In this document: one piece after another, positions 40,501-55,927 of the stretch
How the letters are laid out: each line of letters begins with the position of its first letter
Numbering within the stretch: position 1 is the stretch's first letter
NCBI GenBank assembly: GCA_964016885.1
Contig: OZ024740.1
Location: 188,480,001-188,544,000 of the forward strand
From: Eledone cirrhosa
Taxonomy: Eukaryota
Direction of reading: 5' to 3'
DNA length: 64,000 bases
Position numbers and translations under genes: made by a program
Notes under the pieces: generated by a model
What the model was told of the DNA's origin: nothing
The model's database searches: none
Seen by the model: the letters and a program-made list of their open reading frames with translations, nothing else

Positions 40501-43500
40501 TTCAAACAATAGCAGTTCCTTTATCTACTCCAGACAAATAAAAACTTGAGTCAAAATATTGCCTGAATCTGAATGAAAACTAATTGTACATCACTGTTTA
40601 GTTTATTCTGTATCTGTCTCGTTACACCACTATAAGTAAATGAAAATAGGCATAGATAAGAAAATATTGCTCTTAAGTAAAATTTATCATCTTTGTCATC
40701 CTTTGTATCCTCCTCGTATCTCTTATATGACCACATTGCATGAGTTATGGATTGGATTCATTCTTATCTGAGTCAGTTCTTATTTGGAATTTTTCTCCCC
40801 CTAGGTAGATCAGAAGACCATATCTCATATGAATGCTTGAATTGTTGGTATGATTTCTAAGGCTGGATGCTCTTCCTAAAACCAACTGCTTTAGATTATA
40901 CTCAGTGCATTTTATTTTGGTATCAGCACTTAGAGATGATAGTCCTTTCAACAATGTTGTTTGGTTCAATTCGCAAGTATTTTACACAATGTACTGGGTG
41001 CATTCTATCATGGTACCAACACTAAAAATATAGTCATGCACCTTCATGGCAAAAGAGTCCTTTCTGCTCTATGCTGTTTATGTTCATTCAAGGCAAATGT
41101 ACCTATAAGTATAATTTGTAGAGGAGTGATAGCCATGGGATTAAATAAAGAGTGAGTATGAATATGTGTGAAGGAACAAAAAGTGATATGTTGATATGAG
41201 AGGGAAAGGGGGAATAATAGATTCTTGTTGGTGGTTGGTAGCAGAGCTGTTGCACAATAGAGGAATGAGTGACAAAATTTATTCTGTATTACTTTGCGAG
41301 TTGAATCTCTTTTTAAAATAAAATGTTCACGTTTCAGCCTGCATCCTTTTCATATAATATAGATATATGTATGCCATTTAATAAAATGAAAACCCTTTTA
41401 GGGAGCATCTTTGCTATGATATTTAGAATTATGAGCTGCAAAATTTGCACACCTTATGGTAAAGAAACTATAAATTTTTTATGTAATCTAATACCTTTTT
41501 TCTGAATTTTAAGTTGTGTAATGCAAGATTTGTCAATACACATGAGGGATTTTGAAGGAAAATGACCTCATAGCTAGTATTAAAATATTTACACGGAATT
41601 TAGTATTGTTGGAATTTATCTTGTGAAAAAAAGAATTCCCTTGAGCAAGCAGTTCTTTGTAATGTAATTCTTCTGCATTGAAGTTTGAAAACAACGAAAA
41701 TAATTATTTAAAGGATTTTATAAAAAACATATAGTTCTTTATGTAACGTTAGCCGAATGAGGCAGCCATGTCAACAAAATTGTTTTGAATTTGAATCAAC
41801 TAACTAGCTGTTTTTTTATAAAGTGTTTTTCTTTTTTTTAATTGATCACACATTTAATCGCGCTTATTCATACTACTAAACACAGAAGCGATTAAATTAT
41901 ATGGGTGTCAAACATGGGTCAAGTTTATACTTGTTCATTAATTTCTTTATGGTAACCAATGTTTGACTTGCACATTTATGTTAGTTTTCCAATCAAACCA
42001 TCCATTCTTTAAATTCAATACATGTCTATCTCCTTTTCCTCCTATCTTATTTTTCCCTAAATTGAAGACAATATTTTATGGTTTAATTAATGGCACATGT
42101 TTAAACTAAGATCAGCCATTCATAGTCACTGGGGATGGGTGCAAGGCAGCAATTTAGGTAAAGACAATGGCCGTATTAAAAATAAAACCTAAAAAGATAA
42201 AAGTTAAAATGACATGAAATAAATAAAAATAAACTTGCTATGTAAAAAGATTAATTGACCATCACTGTATGAAGGTTTAATTTCTATTCCATATTCAATG
42301 TTTTATTTACATATTTTTAGCCAGAAATATGCACATGTGCATAATAAAAATCCCTGCAATACTTGGTAACAAGTAGAAAGGCAATGTCTAATGTTCAGCT
42401 AAATTAAATTTAATCATTCACATATTTATTGAGAGAGTTTTGCTTTTATTACTATCAGGATTCACATTGTTGATATTATGAGATGGTGATGGGTTTTATT
42501 AGAATTGCTTTATCTGATTATTTCATTTCCCAAAGACAGATTAATGCAAAGTTACTCCATAATTGTGACACATTTTGTTTGAAGGTCTATGTTAAAAGCT
42601 TGGATTAATAATATATTACTGCCATATATCCTCATCATAGTCAACATCCAACTGTAATAATAGCCATTAGCATCCTCCTCACCATTATCTTTTCAGTGTA
42701 TGTTTTTACTTTGATGCTGCAATATTTCACCTTTACATGCTCCACTATCTGCAATTCTTCTGTTATTAGAAGTTAACATCTTATTATGAAGCCACCATAC
42801 TATCAGTAGATTGGCATCTTTGTAAGCTGGGTATGTTATCTGGTTTATGTGTCCCTTCTAGGAACACACATTTAGTAGTTTAACTCTCTATATAAACAAC
42901 ACCGTACTTTATAACTGCCATATAATACACTTTTGTCCCAGATTATTTAAATATGCCATTCCATTACAGCTCATTGTTAAATTAGTTAACAGTATTTCCT
43001 GTTGTTTATTTAAACAAATATGTGAAATTTACAGCTGTATCGTAACAACACATATTACTCTATCAATTGGACTTTTTATCTTTCAATATATACTGTCAGA
43101 GACAAAGAAAATATGTTTAATGTTTAATTATGTGTCTTTTATGTAGTTCTGTGGTTTGGTAACCTTTTATCACTTTTTAATCCATTCTGGGTTCTTACTT
43201 AAAATGTGTTGTGTAGGAATATTAGGTAGAAATGATTAACACAAATAAAACACATTTCAATGCATATGATTTTAGTAAATGTTTATTCATTCGCTTCACT
43301 TCACTAAACATTATTGTTATCAACAATGTGAATTGCTGATATTAACATTGATGCTAAACATTGTATATTGTGTTTGGGAATTTTATAAAATATTCACAAT
43401 ATGTATCATAGTTTGTCAATGTAGCAAGTTGTTTGTGAAACTTGATATTTTGCCTAGACTTAACATTTATTTAGGCAGATATTATTTACTTGTAATATTT

Positions 43501-46500
43501 TCCTTTTACCAAAGAAAAAGACAAGTCATGTGACCACAAGGTAAACTCTCCCTTAAATCTGATTCTGTATGATTTGTATATTAACCCTCATGATTTCCTA
43601 ATTATTTAGAATGCCAACTCAACTAGTAGCTGTGAATAGCCCTGGGGTGAGGTTGGAATAATTGACTAAACACTATAAAGACAGTGCCAATGTCTGAAAC
43701 CAATAATCCAATAAACCAATAAAACTATAAAAAGATATGATTGAATTTTCATAAATGTATAAACTTTCTTACGTATCTAAACAAAATTTTAAGCAATATT
43801 ATATTAAAATATATATTGATATTAAGACAATTATACTTGATTTCTGGAATTATTTTGATAACTGAGAGTTTCTAACATCAATCTCAACAAATTTATTCCC
43901 TATTCACTGCATTTCACTTAGCAAGACAGTCTATTGGAATTTTAATTTTCAATTCTATTCTGATATAACATTAAAATTTCTCTTTAAAAAAATATGAACA
44001 CTTAGTTAATAAAGGTAAAAAATAGAAATATAACCAAAGATTAAATATTATCTTTAAAAAAAAATGTTTTAAAAATATATTTTCATCCAAACCTGTGTAA
44101 TATCTTTCTAAACAAAAATCTAGATTTACTCACCGAGTGCGTGAATTTTCAAAGAAAATGCTTCTTCTGTCATGATTAATTTCATTTAATTGCTTTTGAA
44201 ATTTAAAATTCTTATACGATTTTAGTTATTTTAATTGAAATAGAATTTCCAAGGCAGTTATTGATTTCTGAAAGAGCTCCAGCTCCATCGTTTCTTTTCA
44301 ATCATTGCTTGCTCAGTCATTGGTTTTATTCAGAAACTTTGATTTATCACAATGCTTTGCTTTGGAAACAGGTTGCCTTCATGCAAATTGTGCATCCAAT
44401 AACATCATGGAGAATAACTGATACACAGTGGGGAAGCATATGGTATTAAGCCTGATATTCTTTGATCCAAATAAAAATAAACATTCATAATTATTCAGTA
44501 AAAACCTTTTTCTTTTCTTCAGTTTCTCTCACATGTTCTTTCTCTCTAAAATCTTCTTTCTGTATCAAGTTTTAAAAACTAAGAACACAATAGATTGATA
44601 TTGTGTTAATAAGGATGATTAGTAATGTTATTAATTCCAGTAATAATGGTTAGCTCAGAAGTATCACTGCTAATAATAATAACATCATTGATTTTATTAT
44701 TATAACTGTCATCACTATCAACATAATCGTCATTCCTTTACACTCTCTTGAAATCAGTGCTGTCTAATGAAATATTTTTCATTTAAATAAAGGATTCTTG
44801 CAGTGTAAATCTAAATCCATTTTTATTTATTTATTCATTTTTATTATACTCATTTCCTTTTATTTTTACTGTGATATTTTGTTGAAATGGGTGTTGGGAA
44901 TATTTGACTATGACAGCTGTTATGAGAGAAAAGGCAACCTTTTTAATGTAAAAAGCTTAATGTAAAAATGAAAAGTCGATATTGATAAATAAAGGATGAG
45001 ACATCACTCTAAACAAATGCATCATTCAACTATTATTAATTGAAAGAAGCAGCATCACCAAACAACACAAATAAGGACATGATTTTAAAGCTTCAATGAA
45101 TATTGTTGTATATGGATTAAGTAAAAGACTATAATCATTCAAGAAATTGTGTTCTCAATGTATTGGTAGCAACTTTTAAGGCATTGATGTTTTTCATATT
45201 GATATCTGATCCAATAAATTTAACTGCTCTTCTCATAGTGCAGATGGTGGGATAGCAAATCAAGTTAGCTGCCTTCATAACTTTTTTTAATTCAAATCAT
45301 ACCAGTGGGGAATGGGGAATTCCATTAATCATTTTAAGATCAATGTGGAATGGTTTTGATTATAATATCTCTCTTACAAAGTGGATCCTTTGTCTGATCA
45401 AAAGAAAACAAAACTAATTCTGATGTTTATTTCATAAGACTCTTTGGATGTGCATATATATTATGTTCCATTTCAAAGCAACAAGTGCTGAAATTAGGAA
45501 GTTTCCTATTTTAGGAGCCTTAAAATTTAATATAAGCATATGACATGTCTTTTACTTTTTCTTTTAAGTAGGTAGAAGTTTCTAATGAAAAATTTTAGCT
45601 TTGTTCTAAGTTATGAGAAAGGATTATTTGTGCTTTAAATGTTTCTTTTTCTTTATTACTATTCTTAAATTGGCTTCTTGAAATTTGTAGTGGTTTGGAA
45701 ATATTTATTTGCCATACCTAGTAACATTAAAGCTTTTTTCAGAGAGTTCTCTAGCATAAAGAGTCTGAAATTAATGAGCAACGACCATTAGTGATGTGAT
45801 TGCATAGTATTACTAGCGTAGTTCAATGGGGAATCTGAAGCTTTATGAAGATATTATTATAAAGTTCAACCTCAAAAGTAAATGAGGAGAAACAATCAAT
45901 ATTTTGAATATCTTAGATAATGTTCACTACTAAAATACAATAATGTGGGGTTGTCTGAGAACAAGTGCCTTATGAAGGAAAGAAATATTTGCTTTGAAGT
46001 GTTATATATTCACTCTGAGCAGATGAAAAGAAAGACTGTTCACAGCATCTTTCCAAAATTGATCTAATAAAAACATTAGTTTTATTCAAAGGAATATAAA
46101 ATAATTAATATTAACCAATAAATTTAAATTGAGATATTAATCTCATTATTGATCTTATTATTGATTATAGTGTTACACATTTATTATTAACTACCCACAA
46201 TTAGTATTTATTAATTAGATATAAGCTGGTATAGTTAAATGTTAGTTCCCTGTAAAATAAGATAATATCGATGAATATGTTTTACATAAATGATCTTATA
46301 TTACCTGTTGAATTGTGATATATTGTAAATGGAGAATATGGTTAAGTACTGCCGATAGTTTGCCATTAAATTTAGTGGCAGCAAATGAAATTGTATCGAA
46401 AATATGTGTTGGATTGCTCTGGTGAGCTTTGAAAATGTAAATATTTTATGTGTCAGTAGCTAATAAAGTATTTACTTCTATTTTTCAATGAGATCTACCA

Positions 46501-49500
46501 GAAGATAGCTATTGGATAATATTTATCTACATTATAGATATATAAAACTTAATATCTTTTAATGTCTGATTTGATTGCAATATATTAGGAATATTATCAA
46601 AAATAAATATCAATCGTACATATTTGCAGCTCTTACTATAATTTTTCTATTTAACTACTGTATGAAATAATTCATATGCTTACTCTCTTCTGCTTATATG
46701 TTTGCATATATTGACAAATCCCTATCATGCAAATAGTAAACAACAGATACAGTTGTATGGTAACAAGCTATGATGTTAATGTATTATGAAAAGAAGAGAA
46801 TTGTGATGTTGAGGGCAAAGTCTGTTGTAGGAGAAAACATGAAGAGAATGCAATTATTTTGTATGTGCTGTTTGGGGAAACTGATTAATATCTGCTCTGG
46901 GTCTCTTTCTGATAAGAAACCATTTGATATTTACATATTCTGTATGTTTTCAATTGTAATGATTCCTCTTAAAGGCTGACACCTATTTTGTTCTGAGCAA
47001 ACTTCCTCATTAGTATTTATGTTTAATTATTTAAAGCCTGTTTGACAAAGATGTTTAAGTTCAGATTCCTGAATAGCCTTCAGAATTTAGAGGTCTTGAT
47101 AGATAATAGCCATCTCTATTTCAGTATCAATTCTATTGTAAGTATAGCAAGATAAAGCTGAAAAGCTAAAACCTTCTGAATTGACATAATATGTTTATAT
47201 CTGATTCAATGTAAAACATGGCTGTCGGAAATCATTTATAAAATGATAAGTATATGTATTTCAGTTAACAAGAATTAAGTGCTAGCCCAAAGGATACTGT
47301 AGATCAGGGAACATATAAACTAACTTTACAATGATAAGTAATATTTGAAAACACTTCGAAAAGATGAGTCTATTATGTTACAGATACTTGCTGAAACTCC
47401 TCATTGGAAATAAACCAAGAAGAAATATATCCTAAACAAGAAGGAAAATAGAAAGAGAAAACTCTCAAAATATTAATCGCTTTTAAATGACCTATTAAGC
47501 TATCAAAGGTATCCACCAAAGAAAATAGCTCCAACAACCTACACCTATTAATGCCTGACAACATAAAGCAGTTTTTTGATAAATGTTCATTGAATGTCAA
47601 AGTATGTTTATGATACTGACTAAAGAAATAGAAATGGATGACTGGCTAGCATGGTTGGCTCAGGGACTACAATTTTCTATGTGAACACTGTATATATAAA
47701 TACTGTCTATATAACTGAAACCAACAATTGCACTTACATGGCAAACGATTTATTAACTTACAGGACAAAGATCAAATTATATCAAAGCTGATTTAGCCAT
47801 ATCAACTTTCTATTGGTTACCTTTGTATTACAAGTGATTTATATAAGTCAAAGAAATCATGCCATTTGATTTAAATCTACCTCTGTCAAGAATGGTGTGG
47901 TTTCTATGTCTAACTTTGTTTTATAGTATAGTTAACTACACGCAGTTATAAACATGGTGGAGAATTATATTTGACTTTGAATGACAGCTATGTATGCATA
48001 AATACCTTATCAACTCAAAAGTAATAAAATGTTAGGAACCAAACCACCAACAAATCTAAGGCACGTATTATGTTATTAATGAGACTAATATAAAAATAAA
48101 GTGTGACAAGTTTTTTTAGATTTCATAAATTAATAAAAGAAAATTACATTTCTCAAAATAGAACCATATTTATATTTGCTCTCTTCATCTTCTTTCTGTC
48201 TGCAGATTTAATTCCCTGGTGGGAGGTACTGATTGATTTTAGTTAAATGTTTACCCAAAGTTGTAAGTTGATTGCTGTTAAGTTCTGCTTCAACTATGTT
48301 GATTTTAGAAATTCACCAGAGATTAGATATTTCTGAACACAATTGTTATCACCTCAATATTTCCCAGAGACCTCTGCTATCATACATAGTTGGATTAATG
48401 AATCTTAGAATGTGAAAAATCTCTACTTAACCAATCAGGTAACAGTCTCCTGTGGCAACATTTTGGACTAGTGCCAGAAAAGCAAACATGTTCAACACAA
48501 TATCAACAAAGTAATGCTTGCATTAGTCATGGGAAGAAATACATTGGTTTGGAGATAATCAGCTTAATGAGAATAAAGCCTAGCATGATAATTTCACTGA
48601 AAATTGCAAACAATTATTTTAAAGATGATTTATACATCTCTTGATATTTGGATAATTTTAAAAGAAATATTGCCAACATGTTACTGGCTTCTTTCGATTA
48701 AATTTTATTTTAAATTTCTTAGATTTTTGTTTCACTATAATTTTATAAATATATGCATTATTATTTCATTAATTGCAAGCATCACTGCATTGATTTTAAT
48801 GCCGAGTTATCAAAGAATATCAATAATTCTATAATGAAGTATAATTTAAATGGGTGTGTCTGTCTGTTTGTGTGTGTGTTTCTCTTTTTATTAGAATCAA
48901 GAATATATAATCCTTTGAATGCATTGCATTAGATCTCAAATATTTTCCATGTGTTCAGTTCATCACAGTTTGTGAATGCATAGGTTCAAATGAGACTCCA
49001 ATGATTCCTGTAGTTACAATCTAATTAATTTATTGGACTGTTGACATAATTCTCAATTAAATGACCTAATAAGAATACAAGTACTCTATTTAAAGTATCT
49101 CATTATATTGATTTACTTTAAATAGAATGAGCAAAAATATAAATATGAACAAATATAAAAGTAACAGATCAAACAGGACAACATGGTTATATATGTTTTG
49201 AATGTATATTGCATGTACATCTTTCATTATCTGTTGCATATGATTTATTGAGTAAATTATGTGCTAATGAAACACTGTAATAAACAGATGCTATCTAGAT
49301 TGATGGTATTACTGATGTTTAAAAAATAAAGGATTTGCTGAACATTGTAGCCAATGTAGTTAATAGGTGTGGCTAGTTGCATAAGGAAAGTAATAAATTA
49401 ATATATAATGATAAGATTTTAAAAACCATGAAGCAGAATATAAAACTGGTAGGAAAAGAATTGAACTGTGCATGATGATTGTGTTACTTCTTAAACAGAT

Positions 49501-50294
49501 ATTATATCACATACATATGAAACCAGCTTACAACTACATCATATCAATTAGTTAAACGTAATAATAACAAACATATTATATAGATAAAATCACATCTAAA
49601 GATAGTGTCAGGAAAAATGTGACAAAGTGTCACCAAATTTAACATACATTTCAATGTATTAAATGCACCAATATTGTTGGAAATGAATCATGATACTGTT
49701 TATCTTAGTTTTATCTTCAACCTTATTCTTAACATGAAAACAACTAAAAGTATTATGGGATACCATTTTTGGTTACTGTAGTTGCAACAGTGTAGAAGTG
49801 ATTGATATTTTTCATAACCTATTTTATTGGTAGTGTATATCCCATCTATCATTTTCTTTCTCTAATTCCTAAATTAGTCAACAAGATGCCTTTGCAAGTG
49901 TTTGAAGAAATGTCCTTCTAACATGACTTGGCAATTCATCATATCTTGCTAGTGTTTACTGTTAATAAAGCAAACTGTAGAGTTCTAAATTTGATTGGGA
50001 TTTAATGGAAGTCAGCCAATATACTCTAACAAGCTCACTAAAATTAATTTAGGCACCGATCAAGAATCTTTTACATACATTTAAATGTGATATTTTGAAT
50101 AGAATGGACTAAGCCCCTCCTTGACTCATTCAGAAAATTTATTCTTGATATAAGTTCTTTATTTTATATTGTTATAAAGCTCAATGAAAGAGCTATGTTT
50201 TTGGTATCAGTTTTTGTTGAATAGCTCCACCTCTCTGTATGTGTGTGCATTTACACATGCACACATCATCATTGTTATATGTCCCTGTTCCTAA

Positions 50295-50325
<31 letters not shown>

Positions 50326-51432
50326 TCTGAGATGGAAACCTGATAGTTTTTTAAATGGCTGCTATTTGAATGATAGCATTTGGGTGTCACATGGCTTGCT
50401 TGTGTTAATCAAAACATGTTATTTCAGCAGCTATGACGAAGAGGAATACATGACAATGTGCTTTTGTTTGTGAATAAGGCATTTCTTTGAATGTGGTGAT
50501 TTGGTTATTCAAATGCAATGGAAGCGTCTTTGTATGTTAACCTGGTCCATCATGGAAAACTGCATATTTCAAATACAATATGGTTATGAGTAGAAAACTT
50601 TAGATTGACCAGTTCAGCATTGAAAAAGAAGAGTATTGAGACCCTTAAGCAAGATGCAATGAATCACCCATGTTATTCTGTATTGAAGCATAGCACTGCA
50701 TAAGACATTTCAAATTGTTGTGTTAAAAAGATATTGCAGTTCAATTTAAATTTTCATTTTTATTAGGTAAAGCTTGTTCTAGAAATAAATCACCATGAGT
50801 GGAAAGGGCAGAACATATTTGCATAAAACATATGCAACATATGGATGGGTGACAAAGTGAAAACATCCACTAATGGTTAGGTTGTAATTGATAACATCAC
50901 AAATGTCTTATTCACCATGAACATAGTGTTTAATTTCCAAAACATAGTATTGATGCACAATATATATGCTTTCAACAATATGGTGTGACCTCTCACACTG
51001 CAAGATGTTACATGATTGTTATTAAAGAAATTTTACTGACCTTAGAGAACTGATAAATATATTTTTATCATTAAACTGAAGGGGTAAATTAGACCTTGTT
51101 CAGTTCTGGGACATATACTCAAGGATAATATTTTGAAAATCCTCTTTGTATATCTATTAATTTGCCACTAGCTTTCAGATCAGCACATAGATTCCAAAAA
51201 TAAACATGGTGTTAAGTGGTAGCAAGCAGCATGTTCATGTTACCATGTCACTTTTAAATCAAGAGATTGCACAATGAGTATGCTTGAATTTGCATTGCCA
51301 TTATGCAGTATAACTACTTAGAAGCTTCTTTGTAATGAATGAAGAGGTACTAGTCATATACATATGTTTGAGATCTTTGTGAAAAGTTCAGTAATGCCAT
51401 TGCAATAACAGAGGAAACCAGTTACTGTAAAT

Positions 51433-51606
51433 AATTGTTTCTATTTTTGGCACAAGGCCAGCAAATACCCAGTACATTACTGGTACTTTATTTTATCGAC
51501 CTCGTAAGGATGAACCTCGGCGGGATTTGAACTCAGATAATAAAGGGACGTAACTCTATGCTTCAAAGCATGGCGTCCGACTCTCTACCAATACTGCCAA
51601 TCCATC
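51433..51606 (-). mobile_element. SINE family A with 12-bp TSD
   Basis: TSD ACTGTAAATAAT at 51424-51435 and 51607-51618; small internal deletion. Confidence 0.9.
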
Positions 51607-53028
51607 ACTGTAAATAATGTTGTCTAATTATAATTTTGCTTTTAATAATAACTCATATCTTTTAGTCAAGTGAATTATGTTACTTTGAATTATAGTCAAG
51701 TGAATTATGACTTGAGGTCAGAAGCTCTACATCCTTTTCAGATAGAGATACGTTTGAAAGAATATCATTCAAATGCTCTTGAATAATAACCTTGGCTCAA
51801 AGTACTCTAAGTTCAGAATCTATAAAGGATCTAGCATTTCTAACAATTGCAACTTCATCATTGTCTATATTATCATCCATGAAAGTTAGCTCATCATTTT
51901 GGGGGAAATGAATGAGTGTTGTTTCATATGTTGGACTGGGCTATGTACTGATATTAGGTTTGGATAGAAAATATTGTGTCTTTTTTTTGTTTTTTTATAG
52001 AAAATCCAATTAAATATTAAAACTATAAAAATAAGTCTCTTCATATCATGGGTATGGCAAATGTTGATGTGTTTGTTGTGTTACCCATTGTTTGTCTTGG
52101 TCATCTATATGGCAATTGAAACATAGTTGGTATATTTTCATAAGATCCATTGTGATAGTTTATTGTTGTAACTTAGATTTAAATATTCCACAAGCATACC
52201 CACCCCCAAATCACTTCCAATGGAAATTTCGTTTCACCAGTGTTATGGGTTAGCTTTTCTCTGACATTAGTATTAATGAGTTAAATAGAGGTGTAAAATA
52301 TGACACCTTTTAAACAAATTAAAATAAAATAACTTAAAGCATATAGTTCACACAAATTTATCCAATTTGAAAATAAAATGTAGTGTATGCAGAGCTGAAC
52401 ACTGAGAGTTTTACAAAGCACTGAGAAGATATAAAGAATGATGTGCTCATGTATTGAAATGCCAGACAATAGCTTATAAAATAGGGTGAAGTCCTTTAAA
52501 GACATCTCTTCACATGTGCACATCATTCTTTATATAGCAGCTGATTGCAACTTCCTTTTCCAACTTTAAAGATTTTCACCCTATATTATAAGCTATTTTA
52601 TAGCATCTCTGCATAGAAGCACATCATTCTTTATAAAAAATGTAGTGAGTGCAGTGCTGTATTGCTGTGTGTTTACTTTTTGTATTCTTCCTATAATCAC
52701 TTTTAATCTTCCATTTTTTAGCTATCCTGTACATCATTTCTACATCTTGTCACACATATTTCATTTTTCTTTTATAATCCTCTCTAACATTATATACAAT
52801 GATGTATTCCAAGAAATACCTTATGGTTGGTTCTCCACAAAACTGTATTAATCATAATTGTAACTTCTCACTTTTTTGGTCCAAGTTGACCTAGTCTCTA
52901 TATGTTAATAGAATAGGAATATTCTTTTGTTAACTCTACTTTTATTTAGTCCAAAACAGAATACTAATCTTTTGTATCTGGTATTTTTAGTTTTACATTA
53001 ATTTTCTATCTTTATATAATATATTTTT

Positions 53029-53150
53029 GGAGGTGCATGGCTGAGTGGTTAAAGAATTGGATTTGCAATTTTGAGGTTGTGACTTTGATTCCTCGACCTG
53101 GCAATGCGTTATGTCCTTGAGCAAGACACTTTATTTCACATTGCTCCATC
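53029..53150 (+). mobile_element. SINE family B head and core, 3'-truncated
   Basis: GGAGGTGCATGGCTGAGTGGTTAA...GTCCTTGAGCAAGACACTTTATTTCACATTGCTCCA. Confidence 0.8.
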
Positions 53151-53154
53151 TGCC

Positions 53155-53262
53155 TAGATTTGTGACCAGTAGTTAGTATTAGCATTTGGATAGACCAATG
53201 GAAATATTGTTTCTTCAGTTCAATTTGATGAAGTCTGGGATCTTGTCGAACGGCTATCGATA
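53155..53262. repeat. Unclassified dispersed repeat, copy 1
   Basis: Similar to 55012-55147 (TTGTGACCA..AG.TAGTATTAGCA.TTGGA.AGACCAA.GGAAA.ATTGTTTC). Confidence 0.7.
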
Positions 53263-54666
53263 TAATATATGTGTGTATATTTATATGTATGCGTGTGTGT
53301 GCATATGCATGTAATACAGTTCTCTCTCCCAATCTATGTCTGTTTCATTCTTTTTATATCTCACTCTGAATATGTAATCATATAGCACAGGAATGGCAGT
53401 GGTTATGAAATTTGCTTTTCAACTACGTGGTTATGGGTTTCATCCAACTGCACAACACAGATGTGTAACACATTTTTGTAAATAAAGGAAGTACCAGGCA
53501 GAAATAAGTTCTGAAATTGATATGATCAACTAAATTCTGATGGGGGATCCCTAGCTTGTCAACAGTTGATTGACAAACTTATTCTTCCCCAAATTTCTCT
53601 ACACACAAGGCAGTATTTGGGTTTAACTTTGACTCAGTTCTAATCCCAAATGATGGACTTAGCCTTAGTTATGATGAAAATAAAGTGTATATATATCTTA
53701 AAGAAGCTACATAAAAATTGTTAATCACTTTCTTTCAATGCACATAAATTCAAAATATATTGTTAAAACTGGTCATTCTTAGTAGCGTGCTGTTATCTGT
53801 TTTGTTTGTTTTACAAGGAAACACAATTAAATAGCTTTCTATTATTCGGTTTATATTTAGTAATATATAACATGACTATTCATGCTAGGAAGAGCAAACC
53901 AATTGTTTCAATGGGAAGCTATTCATACATTTGGGAGACTTAGAAATAGAATTATGATGAATGAAAGAAAATTTACGTAAATTCAACTAAGTATATATCT
54001 AGTAAGGCTGCTTAAAACTATTGCATTACTAATGACAGGAGAAGAATGAATTGGAATAATTAAATCATGATTTGATTTTAAATAAGTACATTTCAATAAT
54101 TTATCAAGAGATTTCCTAATGCAACTAAAATTTAGGTTATTGTTCGTTCAATAATTTTGCTGAAAATAAAATGTATGAAAAGGACCAAATGTACATACAT
54201 ACATGTACATTCACATATATGTTTACATGCAGCCATACACAATCAAGCACATTCACATAAAAATATATAAGCAAACACTTTTGAATATAGAGTCACAAAT
54301 GCACTCACCTTTTATAAAGTATGAAAAGAACCACATTGACAGAGCAAAAATAATATCTAGTGTGAAATGGTCACTGAAGCTCAACATACATGAGCTTCCC
54401 AGAATATAAAAGTAGCCAATAAATTATATTAACAATTCTCCACTGAGTTACTAACCAACAAACTTTTACAGCTTACACATAACAATACTTTTGGTAGAAC
54501 AATTTATAAAATTATTAACCATTATAAAGTGGTATTCTAATTCAAACATATTCCATAGAGATTTGTCTTTCCGAAAGGTCACGCTTGAATACCAGTGATT
54601 TATTAATTAATTTCAAAATAAAAATGATTGCAGAAATGTCTTTTGCTTTTTAAAACTATTGGGTGA

Positions 54667-54698
<32 letters not shown>

Positions 54699-55011
54699 TT
54701 GTGTGTGCCTCTCTCTCTATATATATATATAATATAAATAAATATAGATAATAAAACAAATATATATAATCTTTTTGTTTATATACAAAGTTATATATAT
54801 AATTGTGCACACATGTGCGCATGTATGTGCCTTTATATTTATCCAATCTATCATGGAAAGCAGATGTGAAATGATCTGTATACAAGTATGTGTGTTGTTC
54901 TAGGTATATATGTATGTGTGCTGAAAATGTTCAGGAAATAAGGTAAGCTGATAATTTTCAGTGATACTTCATGTATATATATATATATATATATATATAT
55001 CTTTTTTTCTG

Positions 55012-55147
55012 CCTGGACTTGTGACCAACAGATAGTATTAGCAATTGGAAAGACCAACGGAAACATTGTTTCCTCGGCTCGATTTGATGAGCTCCACCCC
55101 ACTCATTAAGCGAATGAGGTCTGAGATCTTGTCGATCAACTGTTAAT
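55012..55147. repeat. Unclassified dispersed repeat, copy 2, between TA tracts
   Basis: Similar to 53155-53262 with an extra internal segment. Confidence 0.7.
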
Positions 55148-55206
55148 ATATATATATATATATAAAGACACAGACACACACACACACATAAATATATATA
55201 TATATA

Positions 55207-55590
55207 TATATATTGGTAAACGGAAAAGAAAATGCTGACAAATTGTTCACAGTGAAAAATAGTTTAATTAGGAATAAGTGAGAATTAGTAATAGTTTTGG
55301 TTTTAAGTTTTACCGGTTGCGCATTTCTAATGCTTTTCAAAAATAATTTTGAGATAAAGCGTCCGTGATGTTTGATCACGGATGCTCTATCTCAAAATTA
55401 TTTTTGAAAAGCATTAGAAATGCGCAGCCGGTAAAACTTAAAACCAAAACTGAATACTAACCAATACTATTACTAATTCTCACTTATTCCTAATTAAACT
55501 ATTTTTCACTGTGAACAATTTGTCAGTATTTTCTTTTCCGTTTACCAATATATCATAACTTGTGTGTTACACCTCTATTCTTTTAAATAT
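55207..55590. mobile_element. Foldback element: about 347-bp inverted repeat plus about 35-bp unique tail between TA tracts
   Basis: IR 55207-55553, loop GTTTG (55370-55374), about 4 substitutions and a 17-nt indel between arms. Confidence 0.85.
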
Positions 55591-55927
55591 ATATATATAT
55601 ATATATACATACATATGTATATATATGAATATACACACAGTTATATACACATACATATGTGTGTGTCTGTGTATTTTAAACTGGAAGCTCTGAGTAGCTA
55701 TCATCTTTCAATGAATATATAAAAAGCACTACATATATTGAACACATTTGTCAAACTTTTAAAAGTAAATGTATATATATCTATATACATGCACACTCAC
55801 ACAATATATATTATATATATCTGTATAAAAATTCATGTATTCTAATGCAAATTTATTTTTACCATTGTACATCTGACCATTGTTAATGTAATAACATTTT
55901 TACGGTTGTTTATAATTTTTTTTACAG

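Noticed and set aside
41000-51400. Short ORFs in the AT-rich stretch
   Set aside because: No domain motifs or convincing splice-flanked exons; consistent with chance ORFs, although very small exons cannot be excluded.
51663-51710. Short direct repeat TAGTCAAGTGAATTATG (similar cases at about 8194-8226 and 52519/52620)
   Set aside because: Ordinary local duplications with no further structure.
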